Positions 18,526-28,432 of a DNA stretch of 64,000 bases are shown here, one piece after another. Positions within the stretch are counted from its first letter, which is position 1, and every line of letters begins with the position of its first letter. Below the pieces are notes generated by a model. That model saw only the letters and a program-made list of their open reading frames with translations. It ran no database searches and was not told the DNA's origin. The stretch is from Candidatus Woesearchaeota archaeon (GTDB lineage Archaea; Nanobdellota; Nanobdellia; Woesearchaeales; GW2011-AR9): contig JABHQW010000008.1 of the NCBI GenBank assembly GCA_018696595.1, positions 38,484-102,483 on the forward strand. Direction: 5' to 3'. A program made the translations under genes and the position numbers.

Positions 18526-20247
18526 TTAACCTCCTTTTTTTGTAACTAAAAATTCTCCTATCGCCAGGTACTTAACATCTTCTGACTCAAGAAAAGCATG
18601 GATAGCTTGTTGAGAATTATTTACAATCGGCAAACCTTTAATATTGAGTGATGTATTTATGAAAAGTGGAATTCCACTTATCTTTGAATACTCTTCTAAT
18701 AAAGAATAATAAATATCATCAGATTCTTCATTAACAGTGTGAACACGAACACTTCCATCAACATGCTGAGCAACTGGAACTATACTTTTAAATTTAGGTT
18801 TTATTGAATCAACTAATAACATATAGGGAGACTTAGTTCCCCTCACAAGCCACTTCTTAGCTTCAGTTTCAAGAATAGTAATGGCAAATGGACGGAATTG
18901 TTCTCTTTGCTTAATATTATTTAGTTTCTCTTGCATATTCTTATCTACGGCAGATGCCAGAATGCTTCTTGACCCTAAAGCCCGTGGACCAAATTCTAAC
19001 CTTCCTTGAAACCACATAACAACTTCTCCTTTGTGCAATAATTTCGCTACTGTTTTATGAATTGCTTTGTCTTTAGAAAATTCTAGTTCATATTTTTTCA
19101 AAACATCTTCAATCTCTCTCAATGAATATTCGGGACCAAGAGATGCATTTTTCATTGGTTCTGGTTTAACACCTTTATTAGATTCTTGTTGTAATAGATA
19201 TGCAGCTCCGATAGCTACACCTGCGTCATGTGATGCAGGTTGTATAAAAACTTCTTTAAATGGAGTTTTTTCCAATATAAATCCGTTAGTTACAGAATTC
19301 AAACAAACTCCGCCAGCCATTACTAATTTTGTTTTTCTCGTCTTTTTATGAATGTTATTAAGTTTTCCAAGTATGATCTCTTCAGTATACTTTTGCCATG
19401 TAGCAGCCACGTCACAATGGACCTGCAGATATTTTCCTGATTTAGCAGAAAGTGCACCAATCAGTTTCTCAAATTTTTCTTTAACTTGGCCTTTACAATC
19501 AGCTATTTTAAAGTAATCTTTATCTATGCTCAACCAATCTTTACCTTTTTCAGGGAAAAATTTAATCATTTTCTTAAATTCCTTCATGTATTTCGGCTTT
19601 CCTAATGCTGCTAAACCCATTGTAACACCAGCTCTTTGCCATCCGGGAACAAAACCACAGTATTCACTGATTGCTCCCCAAATACAACCTAATGAGTTGG
19701 GGTGGCATATTGATCCTTTTACTTGTATTCCACTGTAATAATCAACCTTACCCCATAAACTACTCTTGTATTCACCTCTTGCATCAATTGTTAAGAATGC
19801 AGCATCATTAAATCCAGAAGCATAAAATGCTGAAGCAGCATGTGCTTTGTGGTGAGAAAAGAACTTTATTTTCAGGTTTGTAGGAAGTTTTCCAATATTT
19901 CTTTCAAAAACTTTCCTTATCCCTAATAATCTCAATAACTTTTTTATGGTCTTAGCAAAAACATAGTAGGGAGGGCGAAACTGAAACATGTACTCCTTTA
20001 TCACCCTATCAAAAAATAGTTCTTTTGGATTCCAACCTACTGCTATACCTTTCAAATTTTTAGGTAATATTCCTGCTTCTTTCAAACAGAACTTAATGGC
20101 ATTTTTTGGAAAAAGAGAGTAGTGTTTTATTTGTCTAAAGCGTTCTTCTTCAGCCGCTGCTATAATATTGCCTTGTTCATCCATGAGACAAGCACTGCTG
20201 TCATGCGAATAAGCATTTAATCCTAAATAATAATGTTTATTTTTCAT
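18526..20247 (-). CDS. NodU/CmcH-family carbamoyltransferase
   Basis: YYLGLNAYSHDSSACLMDEQGNIIAAAEEERFRQIKHYSLFP N-terminal signature. 573 aa, typical length. Confidence 0.85.
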   Translation of the reverse strand: MKNKHYYLGLNAYSHDSSACLMDEQGNIIAAAEEERFRQIKHYSLFPKNAIKFCLKEAGILPKNLKGIAVGWNPKELFFDRVIKEYMFQFRPPYYVFAKTIKKLLRLLGIRKVFERNIGKLPTNLKIKFFSHHKAHAASAFYASGFNDAAFLTIDARGEYKSSLWGKVDYYSGIQVKGSICHPNSLGCIWGAISEYCGFVPGWQRAGVTMGLAALGKPKYMKEFKKMIKFFPEKGKDWLSIDKDYFKIADCKGQVKEKFEKLIGALSAKSGKYLQVHCDVAATWQKYTEEIILGKLNNIHKKTRKTKLVMAGGVCLNSVTNGFILEKTPFKEVFIQPASHDAGVAIGAAYLLQQESNKGVKPEPMKNASLGPEYSLREIEDVLKKYELEFSKDKAIHKTVAKLLHKGEVVMWFQGRLEFGPRALGSRSILASAVDKNMQEKLNNIKQREQFRPFAITILETEAKKWLVRGTKSPYMLLVDSIKPKFKSIVPVAQHVDGSVRVHTVNEESDDIYYSLLEEYSKISGIPLFINTSLNIKGLPIVNNSQQAIHAFLESEDVKYLAIGEFLVTKKGG

Positions 20248-20327
20248 TTTAATTCTCTTTATTACTTGATAGTGATTATTACTCTAATAGGCATATTAAA
20301 TTATTCCTTGTTTTTCTTAATTAACCA

Positions 20328-20341
20328 CAAGATTTAAATAA
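20328..20341 (+). promoter_or_regulatory. BRE/TATA promoter core CAAGATTTAAATAA
   Basis: Ends 23 nt before ATG 20364. An identical 14-mer occurs at 23125-23138 before the paralogous regulator. Confidence 0.55.
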
Positions 20342-20363
20342 GGTTTCTGTGTTATATGAGAAT

Positions 20364-21362
20364 ATGAACTTAAATGCTAAAGACAAAAAAATACTAGCAG
20401 AATTAGATTTAAATGCCAGAGCCCCATTTCAGGAGCTAGGAAAAAAAACAAGATTATCAAAGGAAACAGTTATTTATAGAATTAAAAATCTTGAAAAAAA
20501 AGGAATTATACAAAGATATACAACATTAGTGAATTGGGGGAAATTAGGATATACCGGATTTGGAGTTTACAATCGGTTTCAAAATGTTAATGAGAGTTTG
20601 AAAAAAGAGATAATTGAATATCTAAGCAAAATCCCTGAACTTTATTGGATAGCCACAATTGGAGGGAAATTTGATATAGTCTTTGGAGTTATAGCAAAAA
20701 GTGTCTATGAATTTAACACTATCCATTACCAGATTCTTGCAAAGTACGGAAATCATCTTGTTGACAATAGTGTAACCATAAGAACAGAGTTAAGACAAAA
20801 CAAAAGAGATTACTTAACAGGAAATAAACCCAAATTATTCAAACCTCCTTACTTTGGAAAGAAACCAGAGATTGAAGAACTTGATGAGTTAGATTCTATA
20901 GTCTTATCATTAATGTCAAATAATGCTCGTATGAGCATAATAAAACTTGCCCAGATTATTAAAAAACCAGCTAGTACTATCGCTTTGAGAATTAAGAATT
21001 TAGAAAAAAGAGGCATAATACAAGCATACACTACTTACATAAAATCGCAAAATTATGGCATGCAAAGTTATCGGTTATTGTTTAACTTGCAAAATATGGA
21101 AGAAAAAGTAAGAAGCAGTCTTTTCTCTTATGCATATTCAAATCCAAAGATGGTTTTAGCAATAGAAACTGTAGGGAAATGGAACTTTGAAATCACTATA
21201 GAAGTTGAATCGCAGGAGGAATTACAAAAAGAAATCTCAAAGTTAAGAAGAGAATTTAGTGACATTATAAAAAATGTAGAATTCATAGTTATGTTTGAAA
21301 ACGATTTAATTTATGACCCTTATCCTCTTAAAAAAGTAGAAAGAGAGAAACTACTAAAATAA
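20364..21362 (+). CDS. Lrp/AsnC-family regulator with internally duplicated architecture (2 x wHTH + effector-like domain)
   Basis: Two HTH_AsnC-like segments (DKKILAELDLNARAPFQELGKKTRLSKETVIYRIKNLEKKGII and LDSIVLSLMSNNARMSIIKLAQIIKKPASTIALRIKNLEKRGII). I preferred ATG 20364 (leaderless geometry) over the track's GTG 20349. Confidence 0.75.
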   Translation: MNLNAKDKKILAELDLNARAPFQELGKKTRLSKETVIYRIKNLEKKGIIQRYTTLVNWGKLGYTGFGVYNRFQNVNESLKKEIIEYLSKIPELYWIATIGGKFDIVFGVIAKSVYEFNTIHYQILAKYGNHLVDNSVTIRTELRQNKRDYLTGNKPKLFKPPYFGKKPEIEELDELDSIVLSLMSNNARMSIIKLAQIIKKPASTIALRIKNLEKRGIIQAYTTYIKSQNYGMQSYRLLFNLQNMEEKVRSSLFSYAYSNPKMVLAIETVGKWNFEITIEVESQEELQKEISKLRREFSDIIKNVEFIVMFENDLIYDPYPLKKVEREKLLK

Positions 21363-21377
21363 TATCTTTAGTATAAA

Positions 21378-22049
21378 CTAAACACCTTCAATACCTTCGC
21401 CAATAATCTTGAACTTGAACTCAAGACCTTCAGGAAGTGAACGATGTTTCCGCAATATTAAACCACGGCAGTTAGAAAAGCTTCTCAATTCAATTAAACA
21501 TTTCGAACCATACTTCAACAAATCGCCACCAACCATCTTAACTTGATCTCTGTTATCGAAATCAGAATAAACTTGATTTGTTATCAACACAGGAATTTTC
21601 TTACGCCGAGCAATCTCAACCAAATAAGCAATCTGCCGACCCAAAGAAGCATTGACATCATAAACTTCAGTTGACCGACCCAATTCCAAACGATACAACA
21701 TAGAAATAGAATCAACTACAATCATGCCAATGGTTTCGTTAATCATGCCCCGAAGAGTTTCAAAAATCTCGTTCTGTTCAATAAAGTTAACTGGATTAAA
21801 GAAAACAATATTCTTCAACACAGAATCATAATTTTTAGTTAACTGCTTAATTCTTTCCACACAGATACCACCTTCAGTATCAATAAATATTACCTTTTTG
21901 CCAGACTCCACTACTTTAACAGCAGAAACTAAACAAAGATTAGTTTTCCCAGTTCCAGAAGGCCCATAAATGGTTGTGATTATATCTGTATCGTAACCAC
22001 CTGAAAGCAATTTGTCCAGTACTGAAGACCCAGTAGAAACTTTGTTCAT
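21378..22049 (-). CDS. radB: RadB recombinase paralog (RadA/KaiC-like ATPase)
   Basis: STGSSVLDKLLSGGYDTDIITTIYGPSGTGKTNLCL (Walker A) and MIVVDSI (Walker B). I preferred ATG 22049; the track's start at 22094 is TTG. Confidence 0.8.
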   Translation of the reverse strand: MNKVSTGSSVLDKLLSGGYDTDIITTIYGPSGTGKTNLCLVSAVKVVESGKKVIFIDTEGGICVERIKQLTKNYDSVLKNIVFFNPVNFIEQNEIFETLRGMINETIGMIVVDSISMLYRLELGRSTEVYDVNASLGRQIAYLVEIARRKKIPVLITNQVYSDFDNRDQVKMVGGDLLKYGSKCLIELRSFSNCRGLILRKHRSLPEGLEFKFKIIGEGIEGV

Positions 22050-22090
22050 GAGAAATAACCAGATTCTCCAAGTTATAAAGATTTCTAGTT

Positions 22091-23056
22091 TCAACTATAA
22101 TTGACTGGTTCTTTTCCAATTTGCATAATCTCTTCTTCTAATGGTCCAAAAACTTTGTCTAAGACAGGTTCAAGTAATTTTTCGTAAGCATCTTCAATTA
22201 AAAACTCTGGTGGTACTGGCAATTCTAGAGGCCCCAATTTCTTGATAAATTTTTTACGATATACCTCCAATCGCTGACTTGAAGTTAATGGATAATAAGA
22301 AAAAGCTGCTTCAATTCCCCAACAAACTTGATTCAGGTTACATTTCTCTTTTCGTTGTTTTCTTGTTATCTTTAATGGAAATAAACTAAATCCCCCCAAT
22401 CTTTCTCCCTCCTGCTGAATTGATTTTCTTAATACTGCATTCCCTGTTATGTTTAAATAATTCGCAAAAGAAGATACATCTAATTCTTTAAACCAACCCT
22501 CATAAACTATTCCTTTCTCTTCTAAATCCTTAAAAATAACCTTATTGCTTAATTCTCTTGGCAAATCTATTCTTAAAACAGAATCCTGATAATAAACAAA
22601 TTGTGTAGGGTCCGCACCCACAAAATTAATTTTCACTTTCTCTCGAAGATTATTAGACATCCTTTCAGCAACAACCATAAGATCGTCAATTTTAGATTTT
22701 TCATAAACTTCTATATGTAAATCCCATCCATATATACGATGAGGATAATGAGTATTACTACTCTTTGCAATGATTGGTTCTGTAACAATCCTAGCGACCG
22801 TTTTCTTTTTCCAGGGAGGTAATCCTTCTGTCTCTTTCTCTTCAATCAGATGATCTTTCAGAATATCCCACGAAGCAGTTGAACCCAATAAACTTACAAT
22901 GCCACTAGTCTTTTGAATATAAAAATGACTCAGTCCCACTTTGTTCAATTCATTTTCAAAAACAGAATCATATTCTTCAACACAAATCTCTTCAAGTCTA
23001 CCAACCATTATCCAACTAGGACCAAACCCAAATTCTATTTGATATTCTTCAACCAT
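22091..23056 (-). CDS. hypothetical protein (321 aa) upstream of radB
   Basis: Long ORF in an operon-like position. No recognisable domain. Confidence 0.5.
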   Translation of the reverse strand: MVEEYQIEFGFGPSWIMVGRLEEICVEEYDSVFENELNKVGLSHFYIQKTSGIVSLLGSTASWDILKDHLIEEKETEGLPPWKKKTVARIVTEPIIAKSSNTHYPHRIYGWDLHIEVYEKSKIDDLMVVAERMSNNLREKVKINFVGADPTQFVYYQDSVLRIDLPRELSNKVIFKDLEEKGIVYEGWFKELDVSSFANYLNITGNAVLRKSIQQEGERLGGFSLFPLKITRKQRKEKCNLNQVCWGIEAAFSYYPLTSSQRLEVYRKKFIKKLGPLELPVPPEFLIEDAYEKLLEPVLDKVFGPLEEEIMQIGKEPVNYS

Positions 23057-23124
23057 TTTTAATTACTCACTAATAGCAGTTCACCACAATAAATAACTTC
23101 CCCTCAGAACTTACCCCAAAACAG

Positions 23125-23138
23125 CAAGATTTAAATAA
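23125..23138 (+). promoter_or_regulatory. BRE/TATA promoter core CAAGATTTAAATAA
   Basis: Ends 22 nt before ATG 23160. Identical to 20328-20341. Confidence 0.55.
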
Positions 23139-23159
23139 TAATTACCCCATCAAGGCAAT

Positions 23160-24137
23160 ATGGACGAAATTAAGCTTGATGTTAAAGATAGAAAGATTTT
23201 GTATTATCTAGATATTGATGCAAGACAACCATCCTCAAAAATCGCTAAGAAAGTTGGATTAAGTAAAGACGCTGTTAATTACAGAATCCAGAAGATGTTG
23301 AGATTAGGAATAATAAAACATTTTTATACAGTTCTTAACACACCACAATTAGGTTTTATGCATTTTAACACCTTGTTTAGGTTTAGAAATATAAACCAAA
23401 CAATAAAGAACAATTTTGTAAATTATTGCAAAAATAACCAAAAAGTTATTTGGTGCACTTCTTGTTATGGTGGTTGGGATTTTGGAGTTTCGTTTCTTGC
23501 AAAAGACTTGAACGAGTATAATGAGTTTATTCAAGAAGTTCTTAATCAATTTGGAAAAAACATCCATGAAAAATCAATGTCCATGATATTAGATAGTCCA
23601 ACATATTCACGAGAATATTTGAAAGGAGGAAAAATTGGAAAAGAGTTCAAATATAAAGTATCAAAAAAAAATACTTTAGATCAAACTGAAAAAAAGATTT
23701 TATCAATTATTTCACAAAACGCGGAATTAACCGCTATTGAAATTGCTAACAAATTAAAACTAACAACAGATATTGTTCGTTACAGAATTAAACAATTAAA
23801 AAAGAAGAATATTATCCAGGGGTTTAGAATCTCTATTGATTTAGAAAAGATTGGTTACACATACTATAAACTATTATTTACACTTAAAGATTTAACAATT
23901 AAAAAAGAGAATGAACTTCGAGAATATTGTAAAACCCACCCTTACATAATCCAATTCATCAAATACTTAGGAAATTGGGAAATTCAAATAGAATTAGAAG
24001 TCCCTTCTGAAAAAAAGTTATTTGTGATTCTTGAAGACCTTAGAAACAGATTTGCAGAGATTATAAAAACTTATGAGGTTCTGCGACTTAAAGAAGAAAA
24101 ACTTAATTATTATCCTTTCGAAGTTCAAACAACTTAA
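23160..24137 (+). CDS. Lrp/AsnC-family regulator with duplicated architecture (paralog of 20364-21362)
   Basis: Two wHTH segments (DRKILYYLDIDARQPSSKIAKKVGLSKDAVNYRIQKMLRLGII and EKKILSIISQNAELTAIEIANKLKLTTDIVRYRIKQLKKKNII). Confidence 0.75.
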   Translation: MDEIKLDVKDRKILYYLDIDARQPSSKIAKKVGLSKDAVNYRIQKMLRLGIIKHFYTVLNTPQLGFMHFNTLFRFRNINQTIKNNFVNYCKNNQKVIWCTSCYGGWDFGVSFLAKDLNEYNEFIQEVLNQFGKNIHEKSMSMILDSPTYSREYLKGGKIGKEFKYKVSKKNTLDQTEKKILSIISQNAELTAIEIANKLKLTTDIVRYRIKQLKKKNIIQGFRISIDLEKIGYTYYKLLFTLKDLTIKKENELREYCKTHPYIIQFIKYLGNWEIQIELEVPSEKKLFVILEDLRNRFAEIIKTYEVLRLKEEKLNYYPFEVQTT

Positions 24138-24179
24138 AACTAAACACCTTTATATAAAAATAAACAATTTACACAAAAG

Positions 24180-25661
24180 ATGGAAAAAAAAGTAAAATAT
24201 TGGTTGTTAGCGATATTCATCATTACGCTAACTGTAAGGTTAGTCCTAGCTTTTACAAGCCCTAATTTAACTTATGAATCATATTTTCATTTAAGACAAG
24301 TAGAACAAATTACAGAAACAGGATTACCACAATACCAAGATACTTTATCGTATGGTGGCAGAGAAATGATTTTTCCGCCAGCGTTCCATTATCTAGCAGC
24401 TTTCTTCAACCTGTTCTTACCGTTAGGGTTTGTAGCTAAGCTCCTACCAAATCTTCTCATAGCATCCCTAACATTAATAGTTTATTTAATCAGCAAAAAA
24501 ATAACTAACAACAACAACGCCGCCTTAGGTTCAGCATTAATAACTGGTTTCTTACCAGTTTTATTCTCTACAAACTCCTTCACCCCAAACTCTTTATTTT
24601 TGCCATTAATTTTTCTAACAGTTTATGCCTTCATAAATATTAAAGCAAAGAATGCATTATACATTTACATCGCCACCTTTTTCATAGCTTCCTTAACTAG
24701 CTCAGCAACAATCCTACTATTATTAGGGTTTGCAATTTATCTTATCCTTTCATTATCAGAAAATAAAAAAATCAAACAAGCAGAATTAGAAGTGATGATT
24801 TTCTCGGTCTTCTTCTTCATTTGGATCCAGTTTTTATTCTATAAAAATATTTTTCTAAAACAAGGATTAGGTTTCATTTGGCAAAACATTCCAACACAAA
24901 TTGTTCAACAATATTTCCCCCAAGTATCAATCCCACAAGCAATATTATTGGTAAGTGTTGTGCCTTTCTTGATAGGAGTAGTTGTTGCTTACCGGGCCTT
25001 ATTTAAATTAAAAACAGAAAAATCATTTTTATTAATCAGTTTCGTTATTTCAACTACAGCATTAGCTTGGTTTAAATTGATTGAGTTCCATTTATCTTTA
25101 TCTTTCTTTGCTATAATTTTAGCAATTCTTTTCGCATCATTTTATCATGACATCACTAATTATATGAAAAAAACAAAAGCACCAAAATTAATAAAATATC
25201 TACAGGCAGCGTTAATTATTCTAATACTAGCAACAACAATTTATCCAGCAATAAACGTAAGTCTTAAACAAGATCTACCATTAAAAGAAGAGATAGATGC
25301 TTTCCGTTGGTTACAATATAACTCCCCTCAGAATGCGGGAGTGGTTTCTTTATTAAAAGAAGGACATTTGATTACCCATTATAGTAAAAGAAAAAACTTA
25401 ATGGACGACCATTTTAATCTAATTGAAAAAGTTGAGGAAAGATTTACAGATTTAAACTCCTTATTCACAACTAAATTTAAAACTCAAGCACTACAAATCT
25501 TAGATAAATATCAAATCAAATATTTGATTATAAGTCCAAGTGCCAAGGACCAGTTCAAGATTGAAGAATTAAGTTATGCAACGGAAGACTGTTTTGAATT
25601 AGTTTACGATGAAGAGACTAAGATTTATCAAGTTAAGTGTCAATTATCAGCAACATCTTAA
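24180..25661 (+). CDS. polytopic GT-C-fold membrane protein, STT3/AglB-like with degenerate WWDYG region
   Basis: About 11-13 TM helices plus a C-terminal soluble domain. First loop YESYFHLRQVEQI resembles the AglB DPYYH-type loop. VVSLLKEGHLITHYSKRKNLMDD aligns by eye with the AglB ITSWWDFGHWFYAISERRVTFDG of this window. Confidence 0.5.
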   Translation: MEKKVKYWLLAIFIITLTVRLVLAFTSPNLTYESYFHLRQVEQITETGLPQYQDTLSYGGREMIFPPAFHYLAAFFNLFLPLGFVAKLLPNLLIASLTLIVYLISKKITNNNNAALGSALITGFLPVLFSTNSFTPNSLFLPLIFLTVYAFINIKAKNALYIYIATFFIASLTSSATILLLLGFAIYLILSLSENKKIKQAELEVMIFSVFFFIWIQFLFYKNIFLKQGLGFIWQNIPTQIVQQYFPQVSIPQAILLVSVVPFLIGVVVAYRALFKLKTEKSFLLISFVISTTALAWFKLIEFHLSLSFFAIILAILFASFYHDITNYMKKTKAPKLIKYLQAALIILILATTIYPAINVSLKQDLPLKEEIDAFRWLQYNSPQNAGVVSLLKEGHLITHYSKRKNLMDDHFNLIEKVEERFTDLNSLFTTKFKTQALQILDKYQIKYLIISPSAKDQFKIEELSYATEDCFELVYDEETKIYQVKCQLSATS

Positions 25662-25663
25662 AA

Positions 25664-27076
25664 ATGGAACAAAAAGACAAACAAGAAATAATTGGGAAAA
25701 AGAATAAAGTTCTTTGTCATTTAGTAAAGCACCAAAAAAAATATTTGATTTTACTACTCTTAATTATTTGGTCAATACCTTTATTAACAAATTTAGCCAA
25801 TAATGAACCGATCATAAAAGGGGCTGAAAGTTATTATCATTTAAGTCAAGCTAAAGACATTACAATAAACAATTTTTATTATTGGCCGTTAAATTTCCTC
25901 TCCACTAACTTCCCGGACCAATCATTAATCTTGATTCCATTAATCCTAGCAATTTCTTCAATCATACTATTTGTTGCTATAACAAAAAAGACAAACTTTA
26001 CAGAAAAATCAACTTTCTTTTATTTATCTTTAACAGTTATTTCTCCAGCATTTATCTGGACTTTTACAACCATTTCTGCTTATTCAGTTCAAATATTCTT
26101 GACTTTGTTAGGATTATATTTTCTGTCAAGAGACAAACAATCCATCAAAATATTGTCTCTAGTTCCTTTCATCTTAGCAACGTTCTTTGATACATTCAGT
26201 TCATTAGTTTTAATCTCATTATTATTAGTTTACTGGTTTTACAAAAGAAAAGATGCAGTAATAGTAAAAACAATTTTAGGAGCAACTATTATTCTTACAA
26301 CCATTAATTCCTTATTATTAAGATTGCCTTTTATGTTAGGCCCATTCCATCGACAAGAATTTGTTTCTGAATTAATTACAGATCTTGGCGGACTATCTGG
26401 AATTAGTTTGTTCACTATCTTGATTGGCTTAATCGGATTCACTATAACATGGAAAAAGAAAGGGTTTTACTTTGCCTATCTTTTGTTGCCAGTAGTATTA
26501 ATCCCTTATTTTCTCAACACTAATACAATTATTTATCTTTCTTTGTTAACAACCTTCTTTGCAACGGTAGGCTTAACAAAACTATTTGAAAGAAATTGGC
26601 GAATTGTATCATTAAAAAAAATAACATTTTTTATCCTAATATTAGGTTTATTGTTCTCAACATTAACTTATGTTGAGAGAATAGCAGAATATCAACCAAC
26701 TGAAGAGATTATAGAAACACTTTCCTGGGTTAACCAAAACCTACCAAATCAAGAGAAAGTTTTCTCAACTCCAAAAAACGGTTATTTCATTAAATATTTT
26801 ACAAATAAAGAACCATTATATTACATACACCAAGCAACCCTAGAAAAAGAAGACCTATTACAAAATATATCTCAATCGTTTTATGTTACAGAATTATTCC
26901 CACTTTTAGAAGAAAACAACATCTCAATCATATATGTTACAAAAGATATGAAAGAACAATTGTCTGAAGAAATAGGCTTGTTATTTCTGTTAAAAAACGA
27001 AAGATTTAAAATAGTTCATTCTCATGAGGATACAGAGGTATGGGTGTTTGTTCCAAGTGCAGCAGAAGAGGAGTAA
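25664..27076 (+). CDS. polytopic GT-C-fold membrane protein, STT3-like, lacks WWDYG
   Basis: Loop-1 AESYYHLSQAKDI, multi-TM body and a C-terminal soluble domain (KVFSTPKNGYFIKYF where WWDYG is expected). ATG 25664 lies 3 nt after the upstream stop. Confidence 0.45.
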   Translation: MEQKDKQEIIGKKNKVLCHLVKHQKKYLILLLLIIWSIPLLTNLANNEPIIKGAESYYHLSQAKDITINNFYYWPLNFLSTNFPDQSLILIPLILAISSIILFVAITKKTNFTEKSTFFYLSLTVISPAFIWTFTTISAYSVQIFLTLLGLYFLSRDKQSIKILSLVPFILATFFDTFSSLVLISLLLVYWFYKRKDAVIVKTILGATIILTTINSLLLRLPFMLGPFHRQEFVSELITDLGGLSGISLFTILIGLIGFTITWKKKGFYFAYLLLPVVLIPYFLNTNTIIYLSLLTTFFATVGLTKLFERNWRIVSLKKITFFILILGLLFSTLTYVERIAEYQPTEEIIETLSWVNQNLPNQEKVFSTPKNGYFIKYFTNKEPLYYIHQATLEKEDLLQNISQSFYVTELFPLLEENNISIIYVTKDMKEQLSEEIGLLFLLKNERFKIVHSHEDTEVWVFVPSAAEEE

Positions 27077-27157
27077 ATAGAAGTACAATTAGCGACAATG
27101 ATTCTGACTTGTATAAACTAAAAAAGACAACTATCGTTTGGTGAATGAGGGCCTCTA

Positions 27158-28432
27158 ATGAATATTTTTGTAAACATACTATTATGGATCGCATATGCAG
27201 CATCTTTGTATTTCTCAATTTTCTTATTACTAGTCTTTTTTGACAATAGAACAATTTTCGCTCAAGAAGAGTCATCCGCAAACCCCAAAATCACTCCAGA
27301 AGTTACAGTAATTGTTCCTGCATATAACGAAGAAAAAACAATTACTAGAACTTTACAATCCATTTGTAATTTAGATTACCCAAAAGAAAAGTTAGAAGTC
27401 TTGGTAGTGAATGACGGTTCAAAAGATAAAACTAAAGAAATAATTCAAGAATTTATCAAAGATAAACCCAACTTTAAACTAATCTCTCACTCCAATCAAG
27501 GTAAAGCTGCTTCAATGAATAAAGCGTTAAATGTAGCAAATGGAGAATTCTTTGCTTGTCTTGATGCAGATTCCTTTGTTGATTCTAAAACACTAAAGAA
27601 AATGTTATCCTTATACTACAAAGAAGACGATCCTTCTCTTGTAATTATTACTCCAGCAATGAAAGTTTACAAACCTAAGAACATTCTCCAAAAAATCCAA
27701 TGGCTAGAATATTTAGTAATAATCCTAATTGCCCGTATTACAAGTCAAATTGATTCGTTATACGTTGCACCTGGACCATTTTCGTTATACAAAACAAAAG
27801 TAATTCAGGAACTGGGTGGATTTGATGAAAAGAATATTACCGAAGATCAAGAGATTGCTTACAGAGTTCAAAGGAACCAGTATAAGATCAAACAATGTTT
27901 TGATGGGTATGTTTTCACAACTGCTCCAAAAAAGATTAAACCATTTTATAAACAGAGAAGAAGGTGGTATTTAGGTAGTATTATGTGTATTAACCAGTAT
28001 AAAGATATGGTTGCTAACAGAAAGTACGGAGACTTTGGAGTGATGCAAATGATCAAAAATGTTTTGGGTTATGTTCTAGCAATAACAGGGATATCGTTAG
28101 CGGTGTACTTAATTTTCCTACCATTATTTAATAAGTTAAAAAACCTAATTTTAATCAAGTTCAATCTGTGGCCTTGGTTAACTAGTTTAGAATTAAAATT
28201 TAATTTCATCACTTTACTTTTGATTGATTTTAGAAAAGGGTTCATCATCGCTTTTCTTTTTATGATTGGGTTCTTTTTCTTTTATTTAGCCCACAAAAAT
28301 GCAAAAGAGAAAATGATGAAATTTGGTCTTATTGCATTAATCCCTTATTTCATATTTTACTATTTGCTTAAAGGGATAATACTATTATTATCATTATTTG
28401 AATTTACGAGAGGTAGAAAAATAAAATGGTAG
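27158..28432 (+). CDS. family-2 glycosyltransferase, processive synthase type (PgaC/chitin/cellulose-synthase-like)
   Basis: VIVPAYNEE, VVNDGSKDKT, CLDADSF (DxD), TEDQEIAYR and QRRRW (YKQRRRWYLGS). TM helices flank the catalytic domain. Confidence 0.8.
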   Translation: MNIFVNILLWIAYAASLYFSIFLLLVFFDNRTIFAQEESSANPKITPEVTVIVPAYNEEKTITRTLQSICNLDYPKEKLEVLVVNDGSKDKTKEIIQEFIKDKPNFKLISHSNQGKAASMNKALNVANGEFFACLDADSFVDSKTLKKMLSLYYKEDDPSLVIITPAMKVYKPKNILQKIQWLEYLVIILIARITSQIDSLYVAPGPFSLYKTKVIQELGGFDEKNITEDQEIAYRVQRNQYKIKQCFDGYVFTTAPKKIKPFYKQRRRWYLGSIMCINQYKDMVANRKYGDFGVMQMIKNVLGYVLAITGISLAVYLIFLPLFNKLKNLILIKFNLWPWLTSLELKFNFITLLLIDFRKGFIIAFLFMIGFFFFYLAHKNAKEKMMKFGLIALIPYFIFYYLLKGIILLLSLFEFTRGRKIKW

